From: the human T2T-CHM13v2.0 reference genome, Homo sapiens
NCBI RefSeq assembly: GCF_009914755.1
Contig: NC_060930.1
Length of the DNA: 64,000 bases
Reading direction: 5' to 3' (one strand)
Part shown: in pieces, positions 44,633 through 56,307 of the stretch
How the letters are laid out: every line of letters begins with the position of its first letter
Position numbering within the stretch: the first letter of the stretch is position 1
The notes under the pieces: generated by a model
Told to the model about the DNA's origin: nothing
Seen by the model: the letters and a program-made list of their open reading frames with translations, nothing else
Database searches by the model: none
Made by a program: the position numbers and the translations under genes

Positions 44633-44890
44633 CCCCAATCCCTTATTTCCACGCCCCAACCTCTTATCTCTGTGCCCCAATCCCTTATTTCCAAGCCCCA
44701 ACCTCTTATCTCTGTGCCCCAATCCCTTATTTCCAAGCCCCAACCTCTTATCTCTGTGCCCCAATCCCTTATTTCCACACCCCAACCTCTTATCTCTGCA
44801 CCCCAATCCCTTATTTCCATGCCCCAACCTCTTATCTCTGTGCCCCAATCCCTTATTTCCGCACCCCAACCTCTTATCTCTGCACCCCAA
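44633..44890. repeat. 42-bp tandem repeat x6 (12 alternating 21-bp subunits) in the HERV-H leader
   Basis: Translates as (PQSLISx PQPLISx) six times in ORF 44390-44965. Confidence 0.92.
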
Positions 44891-44981
44891 CCCTTTCCCA
44901 CTTTTCTGGAAGGTGAGAACCCCCGAACCCCTTCCCTCCGTTTCTCTACTCCCTCTTTTCTCTAGGCTTCCTTCCTTCACT

Positions 44982-46200
44982 ATGGGCAACCTTCCACCCT
45001 CCATTCCTCCTTCTACTCCCTTGGCCTGTGTTCTCAAAAACTTAAAACCTCTTCAACTCACACCTGACCTAAAACCTAAATGCCTTATTTTCTTCTGCAA
45101 TGCCGCTTGACCCCAATACAAACTCGACAGTAGTTCCAAATAGCCAGAAAATGGCACTTTGAATTTTTCCATCCTGCAAAATCTAAATAATTCTTGTCAT
45201 AAAATAGGCAAACGGTCTGAGGTGCCCGACGTCCAGGCATCCTTTTATACATCAGTCCCTTCCTAGTCTCTGTGCCCAGTGCAACTCATCCCAAATCTTC
45301 CTTCTTTCCCACCCACCTGTCCCCTCAATACCAACCCCAAGCGTCGCTGAGTCTTTCTAATCTTCCTTTTCTACAGACCCATCTGACCCCTCCCTTCCTC
45401 CCCAGGCTGCTCCTCGCCAGGCTGAGCTAGGTCCCAATTCTTCCTCAGCCTCTGCTCCTCCATCCTTTTTATCACCTCCCCTCCTCACACCTGGTCCGGC
45501 TTACAGTTTCCTTCCGTGACTAGCCCTCCCCCTCCTGCCCAGCAATTTACTCTTAAAAAAGTGGCTAGAGCTAAAGGCATAGTCAAGGTTAATGCTCCTT
45601 TTTCTTTATCCCAAATCAGATAGCGTTTAGGGTCTTTTTCATCAAATATAAAAATCCAGCCCAGTTCATGACTTGTTTGGCAACAACCCTGAGACATTTC
45701 ACAGCCCTAGACCCTAAAAGGTCAAAAGGCCATCTTATTCTCAAAATATATTTTATTACCCAATCTGCTCCCGACATTAAATAAAACTCCAAAAATTAAA
45801 TTCCAGCCCTCAAACCCCACAACAGGATTTAATTAACCTCGCCTTCAAGGTGTACAATAATAGAAAAAAGTTGCAATTCCTTGCCTCCACTGTGAGACAA
45901 ACCCCAGCCACATCTCCAGCACACAAGAAGTTCCAAAAGCCTGAACTGCAGCAGCCAGGCGTTCCTCCAGAACCTCCTCCCACAGGAGCTTGCTACATGT
46001 GCCGGAAATCTGGCCACTGGGCCAAGGAATGCCCGCAGCCCGGGATTCCTCCTAAGCCGCATCCCATCTGTGTGGGACCCCACTGAAAATCGGACTGTTC
46101 AACTCATCTGGCAGCCACTCCCAGAGCCCCTGGAACTCTGGCCCAAGGCTCTCTGACTGACTCCTTCCCAGATCTTCTTGGCTTAGCGGCTGAAGACTGA
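44982..46200 (+). pseudogene. gag: HERV-H gag remnant
   Basis: MGNLPPSIPP...LIFFCNAA*PQY; CCHC knuckle CYMCRKSGHWAKEC at 45991-46032; second knuckle broken (PICVGPH*KSDC). Confidence 0.85.
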
Positions 46201-48650
46201 CACTGTCCGATCGCCTCGGAACCCCCCAGACCATCACGGACACCGAGCTTCGGGTAACTCTCACAGTGGAAGGTAAGCCCGTCCCCTTCTTAATCAATAC
46301 GGAGGCTACCCACTCCACGTTACCTTCTTTTCAAGGGCCTGTTTCCCTTGCCTCCATAACTATTGTAGGTATTGACGGCCAGGCTTCTAAACCTCCTAAA
46401 ACTCCCCAACTCTGGTGCCAAATTAGACAATACTCTTTTAAGCACTCCTTTTTAGTTATCCCCAACTGCGCAGCTCCCTTATTAGGGTGAGACACTGTAA
46501 CTAAATTATCTGCTTCCCTGACTATTCCTGGACTACAGCTATATCCCATTGCTGCCCTTCTTCCCAATCCAAAGCCTCCTTTGCGTCCTCCTCTTGTATC
46601 CCCCCCACCTTAACCCACAAGTATAAGATACCTCTACTCCCTCCTTGGCAACCAATCATGCACCCCTTACCATCTCATTAAAACCTAATCACCCTTACCC
46701 CACTAAACACCAATATTGCATCCCACAGCACGCTTTAAAAAGATTTAAGCGTTATCACTCGCCTGCTACAGCATGGCCTTTTAAAGCCTATAAACTCTCC
46801 TTACAATTCCCCCATTTTACCTGTCCGAAAACCAGACAAGCCTTACAAGTTAGTTCAGGATCTGCGCCTTATCAACCAAATTGTTTTGCCTATCCACCCC
46901 ATGGTGCCAAGCCCATATACTCTCCTATCCTCAATACCTGCCTCTACAACCCATTATTCTGTTCTAGATCTCAAACATGCTTTCTTTACTATTCCTTTGC
47001 ACCCGTCATCCCAGCCTCTCTTCGCTTTCACTTGGACTGACCCTGACACCCATCAAGCTCAGCAAATTACCTAGGCTGTACTGCCGCAAAGCTTCACAGA
47101 CAGCCCCCATTACTTCAATCAAGCCCAAATTTCTTCCTCATCTGTTACCTATCGCAGCATAATTCTCATAAAAACACACGTGCTCTCCCTGCCGATCGTG
47201 TCCAACTAATCTCTCAAACCCCAACCCCTTCTACAAAACAACAACTCCTTTCCTTCCTGGGCATGGTTAGATACTTTCGCCTTTGGATACCTGGTTTTGC
47301 CATCCTAACAAAACCATTATATAAACTCACAAAAGGAAACCTAGCTGACCCCATAGATCCTAAATCCTTTCCCCACTCCTCTTTCCGTTCCTTGAAGACA
47401 GCTTTAGAAACTGCTCCCACTCTAGCTCTCCCTGACTCATCCCAACCCTTTTCATTACACACAGCCGAAGTGCAGGACTGTGCAGTCGGAATTCTTACAC
47501 AAGGACCAGGATCGCGTCCTGTAGCCTTTTTGTCCAAACAACTTGACCTTACTGTTTTAGCCTAGCCCTCATGTCTGCATGCAGCGGCTGCCACTGCTTT
47601 AATACTTTTAGAGGCCCTCAAAATCACAAACTATGCTCAACTCACTCTCTACAGTTCTCACAACTTCCAAAATCTATTTTCTTCCTCATACCTGACGCAT
47701 ACACTTTCTGCTTCCCGGCTCCTTCAGCTGTACTCACTCTTTGTTGAGTCTCCCACAATTACCGTTGTCCCTGGCCCAGACTTCAATCCGGCCTCCCACA
47801 TTATTCCTGATACCACACCTGACCCCCATGACTGTATCTCTCTGATCCACCCAACATTCACCCCATTTCCCCAAATTTCCTTCTTTCCTGTTCCTCACCC
47901 TGATCACTCTTGATTTATTGATGGTGGTTCCACCAGGCCTAATCGTCACACACCAGCAAAGGCAGGCTATGCTATAGTACAAGCCACTAGCCCACCTCTT
48001 AGAACCTCTCATTTCCTTTCTATCGTGGAAATCTATCCTATCCTCAAGGAAATAACTTCTCAGTGTTCCATCTGCTATCCTACTACTCCTCAGGGATTAT
48101 TCAGGCCCCCTCCCTTCCCTACACATCAAGCTCGAGGATTTGCCCCCACCCAGGACTGGCAAATTAGCTTTACTCAACATGCCCGAGTCAGGAAACTAAA
48201 ATACCTCTTAGTCTAAGTAGACACTCACTGAATAAGTAAAGGCCTTTCCTACAGGGTCTGAGAAGGCCACCGCAGTCATTTCTTCCCTTCTGTCAGACAT
48301 AATTCCTCAGTTTAGCCTTCCCACCTCAATACAGTCTGATAACAGATGAGCCTTTATTAGTCAAATCAGCCAAGCAGTTTTTCAGGCTCTTAGTATTCAG
48401 TGAAACCTTTATATCCCTTATGGTCCTCCGTCTTCAAGAAAAGTAGAATGGACTAAAGGTCTTTTAAAAACACACCTCACCAAGCTCAGCCACCAACTTA
48501 AAAAGGACTGGACAATACTTTTACCACTTTCGCTTCTCAGAATTCAGGCCTGTCCTCGGAATGCTACAGGGTACAGCCCATTTAAGCTCCTGTATAGACG
48601 CTCCTTTCTATTAGGCCCCAGTCCCATTCCAGACACCAGACCAACTTAGA
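46201..48650 (+). pseudogene. pol: HERV-H pro-pol remnant (protease, partial RT/RNase H, partial integrase)
   Basis: FLINTEATHS (degenerate DTGA), YSVLDLKHAFFTIPLHP, RPVAFLSKQLD, RGFAPTQDWQI; no YxDD seen; multiple stops and deletions. Confidence 0.85.
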
Positions 48651-49248
48651 CTGTGCCCCCCCGAAAAAAAAAAAAACTTGTCATCCCTACTATTTTCTGT
48701 CCAGTCATACTCCTGTTCACCATTCTCAACTACTCATACATGCCCTGCTCTTGTTTACACTGCCGGTTTACACTGTTTTTCCAAGCCATCACAGCTGATA
48801 TCTCCTGGTGCTATCCCCAAACTGCCACTCTAAACTCTTGAAGTAAATAAATAATCTTTGCTGGCAGGACTATGCCGAATCTCCTTAAGCACTCTCTAAT
48901 CAGATATCCTGAGTTGTCCCAATTCTTAGATCTTTTATACCTGTTTTTCTCCTTCTGTTATTCCATTTAGTTTTTCAATTCATACAAAACCATATCCAGG
49001 CCATCACCAATCATTCTATATGACAAATGTTTCTCCTAACATCCCCACAATATCACCCCGTACCACAAGACCTCCCTTCAGCTTAATCTCTCCAACTCTA
49101 GGTTCCCACGCCGCCCCTAATCCCGCTTGAAGCAGCTCTGAGAAACATTGCCCATTCTCTCTCCATACCACCCCCTAAAAATTTTCGCCGCCCCAACACT
49201 TCAACACTATTTTGTTTTATTTTTCTTATTAGTATAAGAAGGCAGGAA

Positions 49249-49701
49249 TGTCAGGCCTCTGAGCCCAAGCCAAGCCATCGCATCCCCTGTGACTTGCACG
49301 TATACGCCCAGATGGCCTGAAGTAACTGAAGAATCAGAAAAGAAGTGAATATGCCCTGCCCCACCTTAACTGATGACATTCCACCATAAAAGAAGTGTAA
49401 ATGGCCGGTTCTTGCCTTAAGTGATGACATTACCTTGTGAAAGTCCTTTTCCTAGCTCATCCTGGCTCAGAAAACACCCCCACCGAGCACCTTGCGACCC
49501 CTACTCCTGCCCGCCAGAGAACAAACCCCCTTTGACTGTAATTTTCCTTTACCTACCCAAATCCTATAAAACGGCCCCACCCTTATCTCCCTTCGCTGAC
49601 TCTCTTTTCGGACTCAGCCCGCCTGCACCCAGGTGAAATAAACAGCCATGTTGCTCACACAAAGCCTGTTTGGTGGTCTCTTCACACGGACGCGCATGAA
49701 A
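49249..49701 (+). promoter_or_regulatory. 3' LTR7 (453 bp) with poly(A) signal
   Basis: AATAAA at 49637-49642; about 15 substitutions and 1 indel versus the 5' LTR (manual count). Confidence 0.95.
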
Positions 49702-50020
49702 CAGGGTGCAGTGGCTCATGCCTGTAATCCCAGCACTTTGAGAAGCCACGGTGGGTGGATTACTTGAGCCCAGGGGTTCAAGACCAGCTTGGGCAATATG
49801 GCAAAACCCTCTCTCCCTGTCTCTGCCTGGCTAAAAAATTAGCTAGGGATGGTGGCCTGTGCCTGTAGTTCCAGCTAATCAAAAGGCTGAACTGGGAGGA
49901 TCACTTGTGCCTGAAAGGTCAACTCTGCAGTGAGCCGTGATCAGATCACTACACTCCAGCTCGGGCAACAGAGGGAGACACTGTCTTCAAAACAAAAACA
50001 AAAACAAACAAACAAACAAA
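49702..50020 (+). mobile_element. AluJ; its first ~7 nt lie at 43576-43582, upstream of the provirus
   Basis: ggattacttgagccc and ggaggatcacttg-type AluJ features; (CAAA)n tail followed by aagtggg, which also occurs at 43570-43576. Confidence 0.9.
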
Positions 50021-50599
50021 AAGTGGGTCTTCCCATTAAAGATAAGCTCGAATGATCAAGCATCCCAATGAATGCTTCGATGATCAATGATCAAGATTAA
50101 GAATCCCAGGTGTCCAGAAAAAACGTGATCATTAATTCCAAGGGACTGGTGAAGAAAGAAAGAACTCTAGGTCAAGAGCCAGAGAGAGTGGTCAGGAAGC
50201 AAACGTGATCGACAATGATGAAATCCAATAAAGCAAGCTGTAGGAAGAGGAGCCTGAAATTATGACATAACAAGTGAATGGAACACAACCAAATTTTGAT
50301 ACCCAGTTCCTGCAGTTAGTTGAGGTGGAAGAACATGTCCAGAGTGGTTATAAATATCAAAATATTCATAGGGAGAGATTAGCATGAGGATAAGAAAATG
50401 CCTTTTACTAGTAGATAATAGCTCTATGGTTTGTACAAAGGAGAGATTCTCCTGTGACCAGAGGGAAAAGAGTAATCTCACTCCCTGGAAAAATTTAGAT
50501 GAAAGCCAGGGCTAATCTTAAGAGCAAGCAAAATAGATTGCAATCTCTGCAGTGAGATATATTTTTCTACTTCTTCAATAGTTATAGTTTTATTCTATA

Positions 50600-53590
50600 T
50601 TCTTCTTATTTTTTCACTTAATAATTAAATAGCTAGTGCATTTCACGTTTCTAAAAATTAAAAATGTAAAGAAAAGTTATGAATGGGAAGGAATTCCTGC
50701 CACTACTCTGCTCTGTTTGTTCAGCACACCTCCCCCAACCATCCTCACCAGGTAACCACTTTATTGTGTATCTTTCCAAATTTCCTTCAAGCATATAAAA
50801 TAAAAAAGCATACATTATTTTCTATATTTGTCTACCATTTATACACCAGGTCAGCATGCCATGCACACTGTCCTGTGACTTACACTTTTTATTTAACAAA
50901 GTATTTGAATAATCTTTCCATAATATTACAGAAATTTGTTGTATTTTACAGTTGGACATCATTGCATTGTATTGAAAACTTATATTTCATAACTAGTACC
51001 CTTTTAGAGGACATTTAGGTTGTCCCTAAGCTTTTCCAACTACAAATAATTATCCAATTAATAACCTTGTTTAAGAATCACATTTGGATGTGCAAGTATA
51101 TTACAGCAATAAAGTCCCAGAAGTCAATGAGTTTGTCAAATTCTATTTGTCTTTGTAATTTTGACAAGAATTAGCAAATTGCCATCCACAGAGATCGAAC
51201 CAAGTTACACCCTCACCAGAAATGGATGAGAGAACCCATGTTCCCAGAGCCCAGCTCAAAATATCTCAGATTTTTTCCATTTTTTGCTCACGTGATAGAT
51301 TAAAAATAGGCATTCAACAAGCTTTTTTAATAAGGTTGAGAATTTTCCCGTATGTTAAATATCCACTTTGCATTATTTTCTGTGAACTGTCTGTTCATAT
51401 TATTTGTCCTTTTCTCTGCTGAGTTATTAGAAAGTTTGACATTCAAAAATTTTAACAATCTATTTGGCACGATTCCCAGCCAGTGGCAAAAGATGCCAGC
51501 CCAATTAGAAGAAGTGCCAGATGTAAACACCTGGCATGTCCAGAGCAACACATTCCAGTGGAAAATTAGACCTGATGGTTGGTCTTTCTCCAGGTGTTTT
51601 CAGCATAGAAGAGCTGAAAATACTGTTTCCAAATTAATCTTTTATATTTTGACTCTGCTTATGTTATTTTTTGAAAGGCAATTCACGTGTTTTTTAGATA
51701 ATTAAATTTTCAAACCTCTTTTATGCCATCTGCATTTTCAATTAAAATTTTCCACTCCAAATATTTTTAGCAAATTCTTTTATTTTGAGTACATATGATT
51801 TCAAATTTTTACATGTAGTCTCTTAAGACATTTGGATGTCATCCTAGTAGACGTTGTGAGATATAAATCCATCATTATTTTTACCAGATAGTTATTATTT
51901 GTCCAGCTATCTCTATTGATTAACCCTTCTTCTTCCCTAATGAAAACAATCTTACCCATATGCTAAATTTCCTTAAGTATTATAACTTATTTCTGCACTT
52001 TCTATTCTATTTCATGGATCTCTATCACATTAATTTAATTAGTAAGTCTTTATAATATGTTTTAAATCTTATATGTCTTATTCTATCCTCATTGCTCTTC
52101 TTTTACAAAGTTTTTCTATTTATTCTTGTTTATTTTCTTACATTAGATTTAGAGTCAGTTGGTATAGTTTCTTTCTTCAAAAAAGATGTAGGTGTCATTT
52201 TCATATACTTCTCATGAAAACAAAAAAAATTAGAGGCGAACTTAGTAATATCTAGCAAAATTGCATGTGCATTTTACCTTTTGAACATGTCATTCTAATT
52301 CTAGAGACCTAGACCAGATATTTATTAGCAAAAACATAAAAAGACATATGCACAAAACAATTCATTGCAGCACTATTTATAATAGCAAAAAGCTGGAAAG
52401 CCTAAACTACTGTCAATAGGAGGCCAGTTGAATAAAATATGTCTACCTACACAATGGAGTAAAGAGTAGCTGTTTGTATTGAGGATTATCTCTCTATACT
52501 ATTATGGAGTGATCTGAGTTAAGTGGTATCTAATGAGTTTTTAAATTTTCCTCTGTTTCTCTGAGCTTTTACCTATTGTCACTTGTTTTTAGTGCATTTT
52601 GTTTTTTATCAGTGGATTAAATAGTGATTAATCCCATTTTTTCTCAAAACAAACAGCTTTCATATTTATTTTACATTTTTTCTGTATTTGAATGCATTTT
52701 GGGGTTATTTTATAATCTCTAGATTCGGATGCTTCATAACTTTATTTAAATTTTCTTTATTGTTATATAACTATTTAAGTCTGTGCATTTCTTTTTAGCA
52801 CTCCTTCAGTGAATTCCATAGTTATTCAATGTAATGTTTTTATTGTTTTCTAGGAATTCTACAATTCCAGGTTGCATTGTATATTAATTCTAGAGAAGTT
52901 TAAAAGTTATTGCTTTGTTTGTTTCTTTTAATTTCCAGACAGAAGTACCTTTTTATTTTCTGGTTTTGTTATATTTTCTATTTTTACCACATTTCAATCA
53001 GATAAATTTTCTATACTATTTACATTTTATGGAATTTCTTGAGGTTGCTTCATGAGCTTTTAAATGGTTAATTTTCATAAATGCAACAAGGACACTTAAA
53101 AAAATCCATTATTCTTATTTTTCAGGGATCAAAGTTTGGTACATACCAATCAAAGGAACTTTTAAAATTATGTTATTTATTTCATCATAGCCTTAAATTT
53201 TGTCCAGTTTGATCTGTCATAGACTAAGAAAGGTAAATTCATTCGCTTGCAGTAAGTGGATATTTTCTCCTTTCGTCTTCTATATTTTCTCAGCTACTTC
53301 TGTATATCTCCATTTTAAATTCCTCATATTAGCATTACAAAGGGCCTTCTCTTCTTCTTTGAATAATTGATGGACTAAATTGCATTTTGTTTAATATCTT
53401 AAAGTCAAGATCTCCACATTATTTTTATTTGCATTTGGCCTGGAAATACATTTGCCCATTTCTCTCCCAGATTTTCTAGATTGTCTTGCTCACTGATGTG
53501 ATTTTTAACCTAGAGTTAGTTTCGTTTATGGTGTAATATGAAAATCCATTTCTTTTAATGGATGGATAAGTCCATTAATATTTACTGTTT
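50600..53590. mobile_element. Cluster of highly decayed L1M/L1ME fragments (mostly minus; a plus-strand piece ~52190-52520)
   Basis: ttttctgtgaactgtctgttcatattatttgtcc, attcattgcagcactatttataatagcaaaa and antisense EN-like text; boundaries uncertain. Confidence 0.55.
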
Positions 53591-54163
53591 GTAAGAATAA
53601 CATACCCAGGAATACAGGTAACTAGGCAGGCAAAAGACCTCTACAATGAGAACTACAAAACACTGCTCAAAGAAATCAGAGGTGACACAAACAAACAGAA
53701 AAACATTCCATGCTCATGGATAGAAAGAATCAATATTGTTAAAGTGGCCATATTGTTCAAAGCAATTTATAGATTCAATGCTATTCCTATGAAACTACCA
53801 ATGACATTTTTCACAGAACTAGAAAAAAAAATTTTTTTTAATTCATATGGAACAAAAAAGGAGCCCAAACAGCCAAGGCAATCCTAAGCAAAAAGAACAA
53901 AGCTGGAGGCATCATGCTACCCAACTTTAAACTGTACTACAGTGCTACGTTAACTAAAATAGCATGCTACTGGTACAAAAACAGGCACATAGACCAATGG
54001 AACAGAATACAGAGCCCAGAAATAAGGCTGCAAATCTACAGCCATCTGATCTTCAACAAAGCGGACAAAAACAAGCAACAGGAAAAGGACTCCTGATTTA
54101 ATAAATGGTGCTACGATAACTTCTTAGCCATATGCAGAAGATTGAAAATGGACCCCTTCCTTA

Positions 54164-54700
54164 TGTTACAAGAAAGAGGTCCCAATCCAGAGCCCACGGG
54201 AGGGTTCTTGGATCTGGCGCAAGAAAGATTTCAGGGCGAGTCCACAGTGCAAAGGAAAAGCAAGTTTATTAAGAAAGTAAAGCGGTGAAAGAACAGCTAC
54301 TCCGTAGAAAGAGTAGGGTGTTCCTGAAAGTAAGAGGAGAAATGCGTCCACCCAAAGTACACTACTCGTATATGTAGGATAAAAAAAAAGGTCATGGGGA
54401 GATGTGCTGTGATACAAGCCTTTGTGATAAAGGATTAATTTTCTTAATACTATATTTTGCAAGAATTAGTATTATTATCTTTAAAGCAAAATCAGGAATG
54501 CCTTTGTTCTTAAGATATTGAGGTATTAGGACACTCCTAAGTCTGGATCTGTTTAGCAAACATTATCCATCTGCTCCCTTAACCATAAACACCTAGAGGC
54601 TAGGAATACCTAACTTCTGGAATGTAGCCTAGCAAGTCCCAGCCTCATTTTCCTGGCCCTCACTCAAGATGGAGTCATTCTGGTTTCAATGCCTCTAACA
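54164..54700 (-). mobile_element. MER41-family solo LTR (MER41C/E-like)
   Basis: Reverse strand starts tgttagaggcattgaaaccagaatgactccatcttgagtgaggg; 4-bp TSD ctta at 54160-54163 and 54701-54704. Confidence 0.85.
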
Positions 54701-55060
54701 CTTACACCCTATCCAAAAATCAACTGAAGATGAATGAAAGACTTAAATGTAAAACCCAAAGCTATAAAGTCCCTGGAAGCCAGTCTAGACAGTACCACTC
54801 TAGACATAGGACCTGTCAAAGATTTCAAGTTGAAAACACCAAAAGCAATTGTAACAGAAGCAAAAATTGACAAATGGGATCTAATTAAACTAAAGAGCTT
54901 CTGCACCGTAAAATAAATTATCACATAGTAAACAGAGACAACCCACAGAATGGGAGAAAATTTCTGCAAACTGTGCATCTGACAATAGTCTAATATCCAG
55001 CATCTATAAGGAACTTAAATGTATAAGAAAAAAAACAACTAAGAAAAAAACAAACAACCC

Positions 55061-55411
55061 CCATATGGTTTGGCTGTGTCCCCACCCAAATCTCATATTG
55101 AATTCCCACGTGTTGTGGGAGAGACCTAGTGGGAGGTAATTGAATCATGGGGGCAGGTCTTTCCCGTGCTGTTCTCAAGCTGTTCTCATGATAGTGAATG
55201 AGTCTCATGAGACTCATATTTTAAAAAGGGAGAGTCCCCCTGCACAAGCTCTCTTCTCTTGTCTGTTGCCATGTGAGATGTGCCTTTCACCGTCTGCCAT
55301 GATTGTGAGACCTCTCCAGTCACATGAAACCCTAAGTCCAATAAACCTTTCTTTTGTAAATTGCCCAGTCTCAGGTATGTCTTTATAGCAGCATGAAAAT
55401 GAACTAATACA
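55061..55411 (+). mobile_element. THE1C-like solo LTR
   Basis: atatggtttggctgtgtcccc...ggcaggtctttcccgtgctg...actaataca; 5-bp TSD aaccc (55056-55060, 55412-55416); 5' TG altered. Confidence 0.88.
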
Positions 55412-56241
55412 AACCCCATTAAAAAATGGTAAAAGGACATGAACTTTCCAAAAGAAGACATGTATGTGGCCAAGAAGCATACGAAAAAGAGCTCAACATC
55501 ACTGATCATTAGAGAAATACAGATCAAAACCACAATGAGATACCATCTCATACCAGTCAGAATGGCTATTACTAAAAAGTCAAAAAATAACAGATGCTGG
55601 CAAGGTTGTGGAGATAAGGGGATACTTATATCCTGCTAGTGGGAGTGTAAATTAGTTCAACCACTGTGGAAAGCAGTGTGGTAATTCCTCAAAGAATTAA
55701 AAAGGGAACTACTATTTGACCCAGCAATCCCATTACTAGGTATATACCCAAAGGAATATAAATTGTTCTACCATAAAGATACATGAATGTGTATGTTCAT
55801 TACAGCACTATTCACAATAGAAAAGACATGGAATCAACCTAAATGACCATCAGTGCTAGACTGGATAAAGAAAATGTGGTACATATACACAATGGAATAC
55901 TATGCAGCCATAAAAATGAATGAGGTCATGTGCCTTGCAGGGACGTGAATGGAGCTGGAAACCATTATCCTTAGCAAACTAATGCATGAACAGAAAACCA
56001 GCTACTTCATGTTCTCACTTATAAGTGGGTGCTAAAGGATGAGAACACACGGACACATAGAGGGAAACAACAGAAACTGGGGCCTGAGGGTGAAGGGTGG
56101 GAGGAGGAAAACGATCAGGAAAAATATCTAATGGGTACTAGGCTTAACACCTGGGTGACAAAATAATCTGTACAACAAGCCCATGACATGAGTTTACCTA
56201 TGTAAGAAACCTGTACATGTACCCCTGTACTTAAATAAATA

Positions 56242-56282
56242 TGTGTGTGTGTGTGTGTGTATGTGCACGCATGTGTGTGTGT
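56242..56282. repeat. (TG)n microsatellite
   Basis: Seen directly. Confidence 0.85.
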
Positions 56283-56307
56283 AATAGTTGAAATAAGTTA
56301 TTTGGGC

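Larger units (their letters stand above)
43583..49701 (+). mobile_element. HERV-H provirus (LTR7-HERVH-int-LTR7), internally deleted type
   Basis: Two LTRs, 5-bp TSD caggg (43578-43582, 49702-49706), His PBS, gag/pro/pol remnants, PPT aagaaggcaggaa at 49236-49248. Confidence 0.97.
53593..56240 (+). mobile_element. 5'-truncated LINE-1, L1PA13-like, with two nested LTRs
   Basis: ORF2-like fragments 53914-54096, 54734-54916, 55439-55639; 3'UTR gatcaggaaaaatatctaatgggtactaggctt. Confidence 0.88.

Noticed and set aside
44633-44890. Regular repeats that superficially resemble a CRISPR array
   Set aside because: Head-to-tail units with no unique spacers, inside a HERV-H leader, in eukaryotic DNA with no cas genes.
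44390-45037. ORFs of 191, 155 and 139 aa as novel genes
   Set aside because: Their length comes from a stop-free repeat whose unit is a multiple of 3; no domain or other coding evidence.
50050-50215. Cluster of TGATC words after the AluJ
   Set aside because: Short, irregularly spaced and partly explained by a small local duplication; no supportable structure.
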